NCBI RefSeq assembly: GCF_001194135.2
Contig: NC_068995.1
Location: forward strand, 24,974,540-25,038,539
Length of the DNA stretch: 64,000 bases
DNA from: Octopus bimaculoides
Lineage: Eukaryota
Direction of reading: 5' to 3'
Shown here piece after piece: positions 51,646 through 62,529 of the stretch; positions within the stretch are counted from its first letter, which is position 1, and each line of letters opens with the position of its first letter. The position numbers and the translations under genes are program-made. The notes below the pieces were generated by a model. That model worked only from the letters and a program-made list of their open reading frames with translations. It was not told the DNA's origin and made no database searches.

Positions 51646-52084
51646 TACATATATATATGTATAAATATATAATGTCATAATCTGAGCAGATACCATTTAT
51701 TTACCTGTCTATATACTTTTATTCTATTATATATGTGCCAGATCAATATATTACCTGCAATTTATATATATATATATTTGTGTAGGTTAAGTAGTGTTGT
51801 ATGTAAATATGCGTGTACACAATGTTAAGATACAAAGGTAAAGGGTGTAACACTTTAGACATAACTTGCCAACCGTGTCAACATATAACCACATACAAGT
51901 CTGAGCAAACTACACAATGACAACACAGTCATAATACATGTATATGCACAAGCATGAAAGAAAAGCAGAACGAAATATGATTCCAACAATTTAGAAGGGT
52001 ATGTGTGCATGCGTATACACATACATGTAAGTTTATCTATAAATACACATCAATATATCTATATACATATGTGTGTGTGTGTAT

Positions 52085-52225
52085 TCTTTTATTCTTTTAC
52101 TTGTTTCAGTCATTTGACTTTGGCCATGCTGGAGCACCACCTTTAGTCGAACAAATCAAGGCCCAGAACTTATTCTTTTGTAGGCCTAGTACTTATCTTA
52201 TTGGTCTCTTTTGCTGAACTGCCAA
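52085..52225 (-). mobile_element. SINE family A, 3' fragment
   Basis: cttttacttgtttcagtcatttgactttggccatgctggagcacc...ggtctcttttgctgaactg. Confidence 0.8.
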
Positions 52226-52444
52226 GATAGAGAGAGATGATGTACAACTTTCTTGGACAGAAATTCCTGTGGTCATTATACTGAAACAACTACTGGACAC
52301 TATCAGTTTTGTTTTATTTTTTGCTTTCTTTAATACATACACACACATGCGTGCACACACACACACTCACACGCATATATAAAATACACTTTAATTGAAA
52401 TACAGTTTCCCCAAAATTAAATATCTTCTTATACAATAAATGCG

Positions 52445-53308
52445 AAAACTAATTTCATGCCACTCAGTAACAACTTTAGCCGTGTGAAAGATTGCGTTTC
52501 CTTCCAGAAGCAGTTCCGCATGAATTTGATCAGATAAAATGCTTAAATAGTCTTGACTATTAATTCTGCCAAGAAGGGAAACCATTGGGACGGTGGATTT
52601 CTAAGATATAGCCCCCCAATCATCACAGATCCTCCTCTGTGTTTAACAGTTGGAAGAAGGCAGTCTGGGTCAAATGCTTCTTTTGGCTGTCTCCACACGT
52701 ATACTCGGCTGGTGGTCGGAAATAAAGTAAAGGGTGACTCGTTCGAGAAAATAACATTCTTCCACTGCTCTAGGGACCAATTCTGTAGGTTTTGACTCCA
52801 CTCTAAACGTTTTGCAACGTTTGTTTTTGAAAGTAGTGGTTTTCTTATTGTGGAAACTGGGTTCTCGAGCTTGTCATTAAGCTCTGCTCTAATTTTGGGA
52901 GCTGTACTTTTATGATCCTTTCTAATAATTCATGTAAGAGTCTGACAGTCCCTGTCTGAAAGTTTTGGTTTTCTTCCAGAATTTTGTTTCGACGAGGAGG
53001 TTTTTCCCTCTTTCTCAGAGGCTGTCATTACTTTCAAGACAGTACTTCTTGATACAGCAAACATTTCAGCTGTTTTTGTTACGCTAGCACCTGCTATACG
53101 ACCACCAACAATTTGACTTCTTCGAAAGTCTGATAGATCTGTCATTTGAATGAATTTTAATTACCTTTTTCTGAAAAGAAACAGCAATTTTAGCAAAACA
53201 TTAAGCAACACTAAATTAAAAAACATAAAAATAAACAAGCTTTTGACAGTTTTATAGATATTTCAAAATTATGATGCTAGGTGTTTCCATAATTTTGTCT
53301 ACCTCCTG
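52445..53308 (-). mobile_element. Tc1-like element, 5' portion, same family as 51080-51645
   Basis: TIR copy ending cctg|ta at 53308; ORF MTDLSDFRRSQIVGGRIAGASVTKTAEMFAVSRSTVLKVM...SGRKPKLSDRD (Tc1 HTH) and GRINSQDYLSILSDQIH...GNAIF. Confidence 0.92.
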
Positions 53309-53329
53309 TATATATATGTATATATCTGT

Positions 53330-53545
53330 GTTTGGGTCTATATTTGTCCCCCATCACTGCTTGACAACTGGTGTTGGTGTGATTACATCTCCGTAACTTA
53401 GTAGTTCAGCAATAGAATTCAATAGAATAAGTATCTGACTTTAAAAAAAATAAGTTCTGGAGTTAATTTGCTTGACTAAAATTCTTTAAGGTAGTGCCCC
53501 AGCACAGATACAATCTAATGATTGAAACAGGTAAAAGATGAAAGA
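53330..53545 (+). mobile_element. SINE family A, 3' half
   Basis: gcttgacaactggtgttggtgtg...gtaacttagtagttcagc...tgattgaaacaggtaaaagatgaaagataaag. Confidence 0.82.
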
Positions 53546-53625
53546 TAAAGAACATGTATATACATTCACCCATGATGGATACGAGGGTAAAAATTCCATT
53601 GAGAGACTAATATATATATATATAT

Positions 53626-54201
53626 AGTAATGTTTGTTGCCACTTCTGTGCGGCTGTTCCATGCAGAACTATGTTACTACATTTTAACTCCAGGAAAACA
53701 TTTTTCCAATGTTAATGACACACCACTTATGTTTGCTATATTGCAAGTAAGGGAGCGAACCATTCCCTGCCAGCATGGAAAGACCAGTAGACCAGTTGGT
53801 TTCTGGGTGCATACCTATCCTCAGTACTGGATGTTTGCCTGCTAGAGATGGCAGTCATCCCTACTTATAAACAAATAAGCAACAATCAGCCACTGATCTT
53901 GCAACAAGCTAAAGGAGCTGGTTGTAAAATCTCTGAAAGAGATTCAAGTAGTAACGATATTAAACAGTAATGTTTGTTGCCACTTCTGCATTGCTGTTCC
54001 CTGCAAAACTATGTTACTATATTTCAACCCGAGGAAAACATCTTTTCCAGTTGGTTAATGGCTCACAACCTGTGTCTGATATATGGCAGGTAAGGGAGCA
54101 AACCATTCCCCTCCAGCATGGAAAGATCAGTAGACCAGCTGGTTTCAGGGTGCATACCTGTCCTCAGTACTGAACCCTTGCTGGCTAGAGATGGCAGTCA
54201 T
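53626..54201. repeat. Diverged direct duplication, two units of about 235 bp (53626-53858 and 53966-54201)
   Basis: Both units start agtaatgtttgttgccacttctg and end ctagagatggcagtcat and are colinear throughout with scattered substitutions. Confidence 0.95.
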
Positions 54202-54589
54202 TCATCGCTATTCGCAATATATCAACAAATATATATATATATATGCATACACATATATATACATACATACATGTGTGTGTGTATATAAACCAGAAAAAGG
54301 GCATACACAAGTATATACACGTACACAGATAAAACAGATATACACAGATACATATATTTATACACCCACATAATAATCACACATATATCTATGCAATACT
54401 TACAGATATACAAACAACATATATCAATACACATAGATGCACACATCAGTACAGATATATAAATTAGATACTTAGAGGCTTAGTGGTTAGGTTATTCTGC
54501 TCATGATCATAAAGTCAAGAATTCAATTTTCAGTGGTGCATTGTGTCATTCATCACTTTGGTAAAAGCAAATACAGGAGGCTCATTTAG

Positions 54590-54663
54590 CTATGATTGTT
54601 TTCAACATATTTCCCTCTCAGATTTACACACTTATTCCAATGGTCCTTCAGTTTTACTAAGCC
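54590..54663 (-). mobile_element. mariner transposase C-terminal fragment
   Basis: GLVKLKDHWNKCVNLRGKYVE matches the GI.KL..RW.KC....G.YVE mariner C-terminus. Confidence 0.75.
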
Positions 54664-56888
54664 CTGTATCTCAAAGAACTCCATCATTCCATCAGGTGTA
54701 ATGACTTGGGCTCCGGTGTGAGTGTAGAGCAGTGATATCAGGTCCAGTATCTTCTTTGGGATTCCATAAGCCTGTAAGATCTTCATCAAGCAGTGATGGT
54801 CCACAGAATCAAAAGCCTTACTAAAGTCAATAAAAACCATGTCAGCAGGAAGACTCTTTGCTCTATCTCCCTCTAATATCCTCCTCAGCATTAGGACGTG
54901 ACTGGTGGTTGATCTTCCCTCTCTGAAGCTGTTCTGGTTGTCCCTGAGCTTCTCCATCTCAGGCTGGATCCTGTTAAGAATCATCCTGTTGAGGGTCTTT
55001 GCCATGAGTGACATCAATGAGATCCCCTGTAGTTGTTAGTGTTAGAGAATTCTCTCTTCTTTGGCACTGGGATGATGTTACTGATCCTCTACTGATTCGG
55101 GACAACTTCTTTTTCCAGTGTCTGGTTACAGAACTTCAAGACGATATCAAAATCACACCTCTTCATCACCTCTGGCGCTACTCCATCTTCTCCATATGCC
55201 TTGCCTTCCTTGATCTTCTTGGTTCTCTGGAGCTCCTCTTTGGTGAAGAGTCCTGTCTCAATATCCAGTTCCTCAAACAGCTGCCTGATCTCCCCAGGGT
55301 CTTAAAATGGTCCAGCCATTTACTCTTCCTATCCTCGGGCCCTGTTCCCTCTCTTCCTCCCTGTGATCTCATTGATTGTCCAGCTCTCTTTTCACCTAGA
55401 CCCGTCAACTGCTCTCTTCACACTTCTGATCTTCTCCATCAGTGCCTCCTGTCTGGCCTCATTGTAAGCAGTACAGAGTTCTTCCTTCATCACCTCCACA
55501 TACTCCTTCCTCTCCTCCATAGGATCAGCAAGGAATTGGTCCTTGGCAGCTTTCAGATGTTCTCTCGCTGCACACACCCTTGAGTCTGCAGAGCTGATAT
55601 TCCTCCTCTTCTCTCTCCTCAGCACCAGGACCTCACTTGCTTCTGCTTTGGTGAAGTACCTGTACCTCCTCATCACACTCTCCTCAGGTCTTCCAATCTC
55701 TCTCTCCTCTACCTCTCCACACTGAGCACTGAATCTGTTCCTCACTTCTATTGTGTACTTCTCCTGTAGCTTATCATCTTCCTTGAAAGCTCCCCAGTCA
55801 TAGATTGCTCTCCAGAGCAGAGCCTTACTCTTTCTTAAGCTCACCCAGACCTTACTCATAACAAGCCTGTGGTCACTGCCCAGTGTACTGAAACAGTTGT
55901 ATAGTTCTGTGTTCAGAACACAATTCCACCATTTCTTCCTCACCAGAATGAAATCAATCTGGGACTTGGACAGGTGCATATCAGAAATGTAGGTCCACAT
56001 TTTCCCTGGATTCTTCTCAAACCATGGGCTGGTTGCCATCAAGTTCACCTCCAGCAGGGTGTCCCTCATTTTGGTTAGTGTTGTTATGGAAGTACCAGCA
56101 AGGATCTTCACTGCTTTTCTTACCCAGATGTGTATTGAGGTCACCCAGAACAAGCAGGATGTTATGAGCTGGTGTGGTGTTCACAGTTCTACACACTTCC
56201 TCATAGAACTCTTCCGCATTTGCATCACTGTCCCCATCGGTTGGACTATAGGCTGAGATGACTGTCAGCCTTGGGTTTCCATTTAAGGTCACCCTCAACA
56301 CTTGCGGGGAGACTTGCATGGTTTCCTTCACTAACAGATTGGCTCTTGCACTGTACACAAGACCTACTCCTATTGCAGCACCAGCTGTGTTCCTCACTGC
56401 TGATGTGGTGATCAGCTGGCTCTTCTTTCCAATTATCACTCTCTTCGTGGGCTTATCATATAGGATCCTGTGTTGCATACTCCTCTCTCTTCCCCAGTGT
56501 TTGAATAGTCCTCACATTCAGAGTGCCAATTTTTGTGGTTCTTCTGCTGGACAAAAATGTGTTCTGTATATTTGTCTCAGAGACAGCTGGTACATCATCC
56601 ACTGTCTCACCCTGTAGCTCTAAACCAGCAGAGTCATAATGACCAGGCTTCTCCTTGACAGTGTAGTTAGGGGCTCTAACCCTAGTGCTGTTAAGTACAC
56701 TCTCCATGGTTGTTTTCAATAGGTGATAATACCTTTCCATTGCCACTCAAGTAAGGTGATTATTTAACCCATAAATGGGGCCCTAACAAGTACGACTACT
56801 CCAGGCCAGAGCAGACTTGGGAGTGATGAGAACTAGGGGGTACATTATTTACATTTGATGGATATTTGTCCTCATCTTGTTTGTTGTT

Positions 56889-56931
56889 AACACGTTTCAG
56901 CTGATATACCCTTCAGCCTTCATCAGGTGTC
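56889..56931 (-). ncRNA. Type-I minimal hammerhead ribozyme motif (left arm; 3' side deleted)
   Basis: GACAC-CUGAUGA-A-GGCUG(AAGGGUAUAU)CAGCU-GAAAC-GU-GUU: core and helix II intact; a 3-nt deletion after GAAACGU removes the cleavage site and helix I partner. Confidence 0.7.
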
Positions 56932-56980
56932 TTGGGGAAATTTCAAACCTGGGTTCTCATTCCTAAGGTATTTTTCGATG

Positions 56981-57014
<34 letters not shown>

Positions 57015-57235
57015 CATTATTCAAGTCACTTCCTGGAATCGAACTCGGAATCTTGGGATTAGTAGCCTGCACTCTTAACCACTATGCCATATGCAAATGG
57101 GTATATGGCGTAGTGGTTAAGAGCACGGGCTACTAACCCTAAGATTCCGAGTTTGATTCAAGCAGTGACCTGAATAATAATAACAACATCGAAAAATACC
57201 TTAGGAATGAGAACCCAGGTTCAAAATTTCCTTAA

Positions 57236-57281
57236 GACACCTAATGAAGACTGGAGGGTATATCAGCCGAAACATTGTGTT
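57236..57281 (+). ncRNA. Type-I minimal hammerhead ribozyme motif (right arm; core mutated)
   Basis: GACAC-CUAAUGA-A-GACUG(GAGGGUAUAU)CAGCC-GAAAC-AU-U-GUGUU: helix I (GACAC/GUGUU) intact; G5>A and ACGU>ACAU lesions. Confidence 0.7.
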
Positions 57282-58235
57282 AATAACAAACAAGATGAGG
57301 ACAAATATCTGTCAAATGTAAATAATGTACCCCCTAGTTCTCATCTCTTAAATATAGAACTGAACTAGGGGGTAACTCCACATTCCCCACAGCTCCTGAA
57401 CTCCCAAACTGGAGTCTTGCTACTGGATGCAGTTTAATGTCATACCCAGGATAATATATCTTACATATAAGAAAATGCATTGTGTGATCTTGGAGGTTAC
57501 ACTGGTAAAGGGAGACTAAAACAAGAAACGAAGTGGGAGTGACAGTCAGAGACAGTAAATATAGGTGAACTGTTGTGAGTTCTGAAGTTGCCAGAATTTT
57601 ACAAAAAGTGAAACTAAATTTTTATTGTAAGTGGTATTTAACAATTTAACAATTTTACACACACACACATAGGCAATAAAATGGTGTTTCATGTCAGTCA
57701 CGCTAGAGGAAGGAAAGTAAAATGAAAAGGGGAGAGGAGTGACTGAGGGAAATCTGAAGTATAAAAATATAGAATGTGTGAGTGAGCAACATATCAACAG
57801 TTGGGGCACACACTCTCACAGATATATGCGTGCGCATGCACACCCACACACATCCACCCACACTTATGCGCGCACGCACACAAGCATGCATAGGCTCACA
57901 AACGATGTAACTTCTGATGATGTCAAATGACAGAGAATGAGGAGTAGAGAATTAAATTATTGTAATAGTTTACACTATTTTCTTTGTTTTTCTTTTTCTG
58001 TGTTCACTTATTTATTTCAATAAATCTACTAATTTTTTGATAAAAAGAAATAAAATAAATAGAAAAAAGGAATACCGTTTGAAGGGTATATTACTTGATT
58101 CAATGAAATGAGCAGATGACATTCAAAGAAATCAGACAACAGCCAATTCCAATATCAAATCATGTTGCTGGTCATTGTAGAACAATGTTGTTTCAAGCAA
58201 AACTAAGGCAATACTTAATTGTTTAATTTCATGGT

Positions 58236-58238
<3 letters not shown>

Positions 58239-58295
<57 letters not shown>
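58239..58295. repeat. (CT)n(CA)n compound microsatellite
   Basis: Directly visible. Confidence 0.95.
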
Positions 58296-58296
<1 letters not shown>

Positions 58297-58469
58297 CTTT
58301 TACATATAATAAAATGCAATGTGTGTTCTGTAGGTCATATTAGCAGAAGGAAACTGAATCAACAAATGGTGAGTGAGTGATCGTCAGAGATACTAAATAT
58401 AGGTAAACTGTAATGAGAGGTTTTACTCGGAAGTTGCTGTGCAAATTCTTATCATAAGTAATATTTACC

Positions 58470-58665
58470 TGTGTGTGTGCCTTTGTGCCTATATTTGTCC
58501 CCCACCACTGTTTGGTTTCTTTACATCCCTATAACTTAGTGGTTCAGCAAAAGAGAATGACAGAATAAGTATCAGACTTAAAAATAAATTCTGGGATATA
58601 GGAATTTGTTCAACTAGAACCCCTATAATACATGGCATCAGTCTGATGACTGAAACAAATAAAGA
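58470..58665 (+). mobile_element. SINE family A, 3' half
   Basis: atttgtcccccaccactg...ataacttagtggttcagcaaaagag...gactgaaacaaataaagataag. Confidence 0.8.
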
Positions 58666-58710
58666 TAAGTAATAGTTATATAAATATATACATGTGTGTG
58701 AAAGTGTGTA

Positions 58711-58890
58711 TATATTGGTGTTAGGAAGGGCATCCTAACACCAATATACATATATGCCAAAACAGACAGAGAAGCCTGGTGCAGTTTTCCTAGCTAGCTC
58801 CTCCTGTCAAACCGTCCAACCCATGCCAGTCTTCGCAAGCAGAGTTTAGTGCCCAATGAGTGAAAGGTATGCATAAGTGGGCTGGTTACA
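58711..58890. mobile_element. Rearranged RTE (R1) 3' pieces in opposite orientations
   Basis: A plus-oriented tail (ttaggaagggcatc...ccaacccatgccag) is joined to a minus-oriented piece (tcttcgcaagcagagtttag...actggcataggcc) matching 13496-13570. Confidence 0.8.
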
Positions 58891-59032
58891 CCACTGGCAT
58901 AGGCCATATATATATATATATATATATATACAGAGAGAGAGAGACATACATACATAGTTAGATATATATGCGTATATATATATATATATATATATTTCAT
59001 GTTTCAAAACGTTGCTTACTTTTTACATATTC

Positions 59033-59063
<31 letters not shown>

Positions 59064-59070
<7 letters not shown>

Positions 59071-60294
59071 GAATATGTAAAAAGTAAGCAACGTTTTGAA
59101 ACATGAAATTCATTACAATGTATTTCAACAATGTGAAAATTTTAAGTACCATCACAATCAACACATTTTTACCAACCAGTTACAAATTTTTTTTCCGGTA
59201 ACATAAAAATCTAGAGTTCTGGAGCTGATGGACTCTTTGAATGCACTTTCAGCATTGATTTGATTTTTGAACTCCTTCTCTCACAGAAAGTTCAAGTCCT
59301 GGTGGTCCAAATCAGATATTCAATCTATGTGGTAGTCAGTAGGAGAAAAGTCTGGGAAATAAGCTGGGTGGGGAAGAACTTCATAGCCAAGTTCCCTTAG
59401 TGTCTGGAGTGTTGTTAGTGAAACATGTGGTCGAGCATTGTCATGAAGAATGATTGGTCCTCTTCTGTTGTTCAGTCTGGGATGGAGGAGTAGCAGTTTT
59501 CATTCATTTCGGCAATTTCATGGTAATATGTTTCTGCAGTAATGGTTTTTCCAGGTTTTAAGAAGTTATAATGGATGATTCCAGCAGTACACCATAACCT
59601 TCTTTTTGATGAGCTTGGGTTTAGGGAAGGTTTTCAGTGCTTCGTTTTGCTCCAACCACTATGAAGAACGTTTTTTATTATTGTACAGAATCCACTTTTC
59701 ATCACAAGTTACAACATGGTCAAGGAATGGAAAAGTCTGAGAAGAAGCAACAAGCAAATTTCATATCTGCACATTCTTTTTTGATTTTCTGATCACATGC
59801 AAATGGTTGCAGGCAGTTTTCAAGTTAACTCAAAGTTCTTTTGCCAGTTCTCAAGTGGTTTTACATGGATCTTTCACAGTGATGGTCTTTAATTGACTGT
59901 CATCGATGACAGATGGTTGTCCACTATGCTGATGAGGTTCAAGGCTCAGGTCTCCACATTGAAATCATTTAAACCATTTTCGAACTGACCACTCAGTGGT
60001 CATTTCCTCACCAAACATTTCATTGATATCACGAGCATTTTCAGCTGTTTATGTCCTTTTTTGATGTTGAAAAGCAAAATTGCTCGAATATCGTGCTTTG
60101 ACAGTTCCATTTCAGATGATTGTAACAATGGTGGAAAAAATATCAATGTTAATTTATTGATGCATTTGGGAAAGTCTATATCTGTATTATCAGACGATTG
60201 CGAAAAAAATCTTTAAAAAATATTCAAAACTCTGCAAAAATCCAATACAAATTCTTCATGGTTCAAAACACTGCTTACTTTTTATTCAACATGA
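59064..60294 (-). mobile_element. Near-full-length mariner (DD34D) pseudo-element
   Basis: ATG at 60110 (MELSKHDIRAILLF), VTCDEKWILYNN (59689-59712), HDNARPH (59427-59445), YFPDFSPTDYH; TIRs aaaaagtaagcaacgttttgaaacatg / catggttcaaaacactgcttactttttattcaac; multiple stops. Confidence 0.93.
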
Positions 60295-60657
60295 TGTGTG
60301 TGTATGTGTGTGTGTGTGTTAGCATAAACATATATATACATATGTATGTATATATGATGCAATATTGGAAGCATAATTATGTAAACATGAGTATCTAACC
60401 TTGACATACGAGATTAGTGAAGGATTTATGATACCTAAAGGCTCTTGGGATGTTTAATCAGTGCCAAATAGTCTTGTAGCTAGATTGGACAAAAGATTAA
60501 ATTAAATTACATTCCTTTTTCTTTCTGTGTTAGAGTTAAGGGTGGTGAGGTCATCCACATACACCAGAACCACACCCCATTAATGCTTTGTTATGATGTG
60601 AGTGTAGCTTTGTTTGAAGATCTCTTTGTTCATCGATAGATTAAAGATTTTTATGCT

Positions 60658-60695
60658 CGTGGTTCAAAACGTTGCTTACTTTTTACTCAACCTGA
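60658..60695. mobile_element. Isolated mariner TIR of the same family
   Basis: cgtggttcaaaacgttgcttactttttactcaacctga|ta matches the TIR at 60257-60294. Confidence 0.8.
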
Positions 60696-60769
60696 TATAT
60701 ATGTGTGTATATATATCTATATATATATATATATTAGTGACTAAATTTCTAATTACAGCTGGGATATAA

Positions 60770-61330
60770 ATAGTTTTCTTGTTGAACTTTCTGTAGGGGT
60801 GCTACTTATCTGTCTTGAAATTCAGGGAGGCATCCAGAAAGTTAACATTTAAGTTGGTGGTAATAGTTATATTTAAGCTGAATACTTTGAAGATATCTAT
60901 AAGATTAGCCCTAAACTTATCTATGGTGGAGCCATTCATAGGGCTTAAGATTCCAAACCACTGTTCTCGTACTATAGGTTGTGTACGTTCTTTTACGATA
61001 TTCAAGATAAAAAAAAAATCGTGAGTTCAGCACCTTGTAGCTACTTGTGAACCCCTTACTTTTATCCAGTATGAATCATTGTGAAACGGTGACTTCCTAT
61101 TGTTCATAATGATTTTAATATCCAAGCCACTAATTCTGGTAAATTGTTTAAGTATAAGACTTATATTTGGAAGAGTTTTGAAATTGAAGAGTTTTGATAT
61201 TTGGAAAAGTTTTAATATAGTGCTAGTTTTCCTTTGAATTAACCCTGCTTATAAATGGGATCATCTGTTGTTGCTTAGCTAAATTATTTACATGACCTGA
61301 AATCAACAACAGATGTTCAAGTATTTTCAA
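60770..61330 (-). mobile_element. Penelope-like element (PLE) reverse-transcriptase remnant
   Basis: Minus frames: IIMNNRKSPFHNDSYWIK, an SY-GAE-like segment, and IDIFKVFSLNITITTNLNVNFLDASLNFKT, resembling PLE RT motifs (IMH.RKS..F...W.K; MGS.DGAE; IF...GL.ITI..N...VNFLDV). Confidence 0.6.
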
Positions 61331-61934
61331 GTACAAGTAATTTTAAAATTTCTTTTAAATTGTCTCCACTCTGATTATATATACATACTAGCTAAGCAGC
61401 TGTCCTTTGGATGGTTTAAATATATAAATAAATAATAAATAAAAGAATGTGAAAACAACTAAAAAAATATTCTGTAACGCAAATATACGACTATATAGAT
61501 TAAAAACGCGTGGAAAACAATCGAAATAAATAAAGAAACAAAATTTTTTCACTTTTATAATATTCTCTAACCAAAACCCTCAAACAATATACACCAATAC
61601 ACATATAAAAAATATAGAAAGTAATAATACACAATTACAGCTTATAAATGAACAATAAATCAAAAATATGTGAAAACCACTAAAAGATATTCTCTAATGC
61701 CAATATAGGACTTTCCTATAAGTAGGTTATCTCCCTTGGCTAGGTGGCGCTCCATGTAGACAATTAAATTTCTGCAGACTATCTACGCTATTGTTATTGT
61801 TTTACGTCTTATCATGGATATAAAGCAATTCGATGATTCAGCTATCGAAGTACTTACTGTGCCTGAGTTAAAGAAATATTTAAGATTATATGGACAGTAT
61901 GTTACTGGAAGAAATGGCACACAGGTGTCAATGA

Positions 61935-62397
61935 ATGGTTGAATGACCAAATCCAAGCTTCTTTGCTAGTTCCTCAACGGTTACGATGGGATTTTGTTCC
62001 AGCAGGGTTTGCAGGATATCCTTGTCAAGCTCTACAGATCTTCCAGGATGAGGCTTGTATTCTAGGCTGTAATTTCTGGAACCACCATTGACACTTGCTT
62101 ATGTTTATTGTCCAATCCCCATATACTGCATTAATATTCCTCACACTTTCCATTGCGTTGTTGCCTTTATTGAACTCATAAAGCAAAATATACCGAATAT
62201 GCTCCTTTGTTACTTCCATATCAGCTTTGAAAAAATAACTGTTAAAATCGAACTGCACTCCTCAAAATTTGCACTAAGAATACGTAGGTAAAATTACTAC
62301 CTGCTTTTATAGCAAGTTGATGCAGGTAGTTTATCTTGTCCCCACTCTGACTTTTAGTTCATACAACTGAAAAAACCCCATATTATTTAAGGGATAA
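61935..62397 (-). mobile_element. mariner (Hsmar/SETMAR-like) 5' fragment
   Basis: MEVTKEHIRYILLYEFNKGNNAMESVRNINAVYG...CQWWFQK HTH; runs into an N gap. Confidence 0.88.
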
Positions 62398-62529
62398 NNN
62401 NNNNNNNNNNNNNNNNNNNNNNNNNNNNNNNNNNNNNNNNNNNNNNNNNNNNNNNNNNNNNNNNNNNNNNNNNNNNNNNNNNNNNNNNNNNNNNNNNNNN
62501 NNNNNNNNNNNNNNNNNNNNNNNNTATAT

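Larger units (their letters stand above)
56843..57361. mobile_element. Palindromic non-coding insertion: two head-to-head tRNA-like plus hammerhead units
   Basis: Inverted arms of about 265 bp (56825-57094 vs 57101-57345) around a 6-nt loop; 13-bp direct repeat GAACTAGGGGGTA at 56830-42 and 57362-74; each arm has Pol III A and B boxes, (AAT)n and a hammerhead-like motif. Confidence 0.9.
54664..57455 (-). mobile_element. Second LINE family (RTE-like APE endonuclease plus RT), 3'-truncated, leader interrupted by a palindromic insertion
   Basis: Broken minus ORFs: KIGTLNVRT, GVGLV...LTVISAYSPT...LVLGDLNTHLG, SQIDFILV...SDHRLV (APE); NYRGISLMSLMAKTLNRMILNRI...QNSFREGRST...FIDFSKAFDSVDH (RT). The upstream leader spans about 56760-56842 and 57375-57455; it may be the 5' UTR or a separate repeat. 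Confidence 0.9.

Noticed and set aside
57030-57165. Two tRNA-like sequences (Ser(GCT)-like D-loop and anticodon arm) as functional tRNA genes
   Set aside because: No acceptor stem closes, the anticodon arm is irregular, and they are integral parts of the palindromic repeat; treated as SINE-type heads.
57914-57937. CTGATGA followed by a TGTCA/TGACA hairpin
   Set aside because: It is followed by GAGAA rather than GAAA and has no helix I or III pairing, so it is not called a hammerhead.
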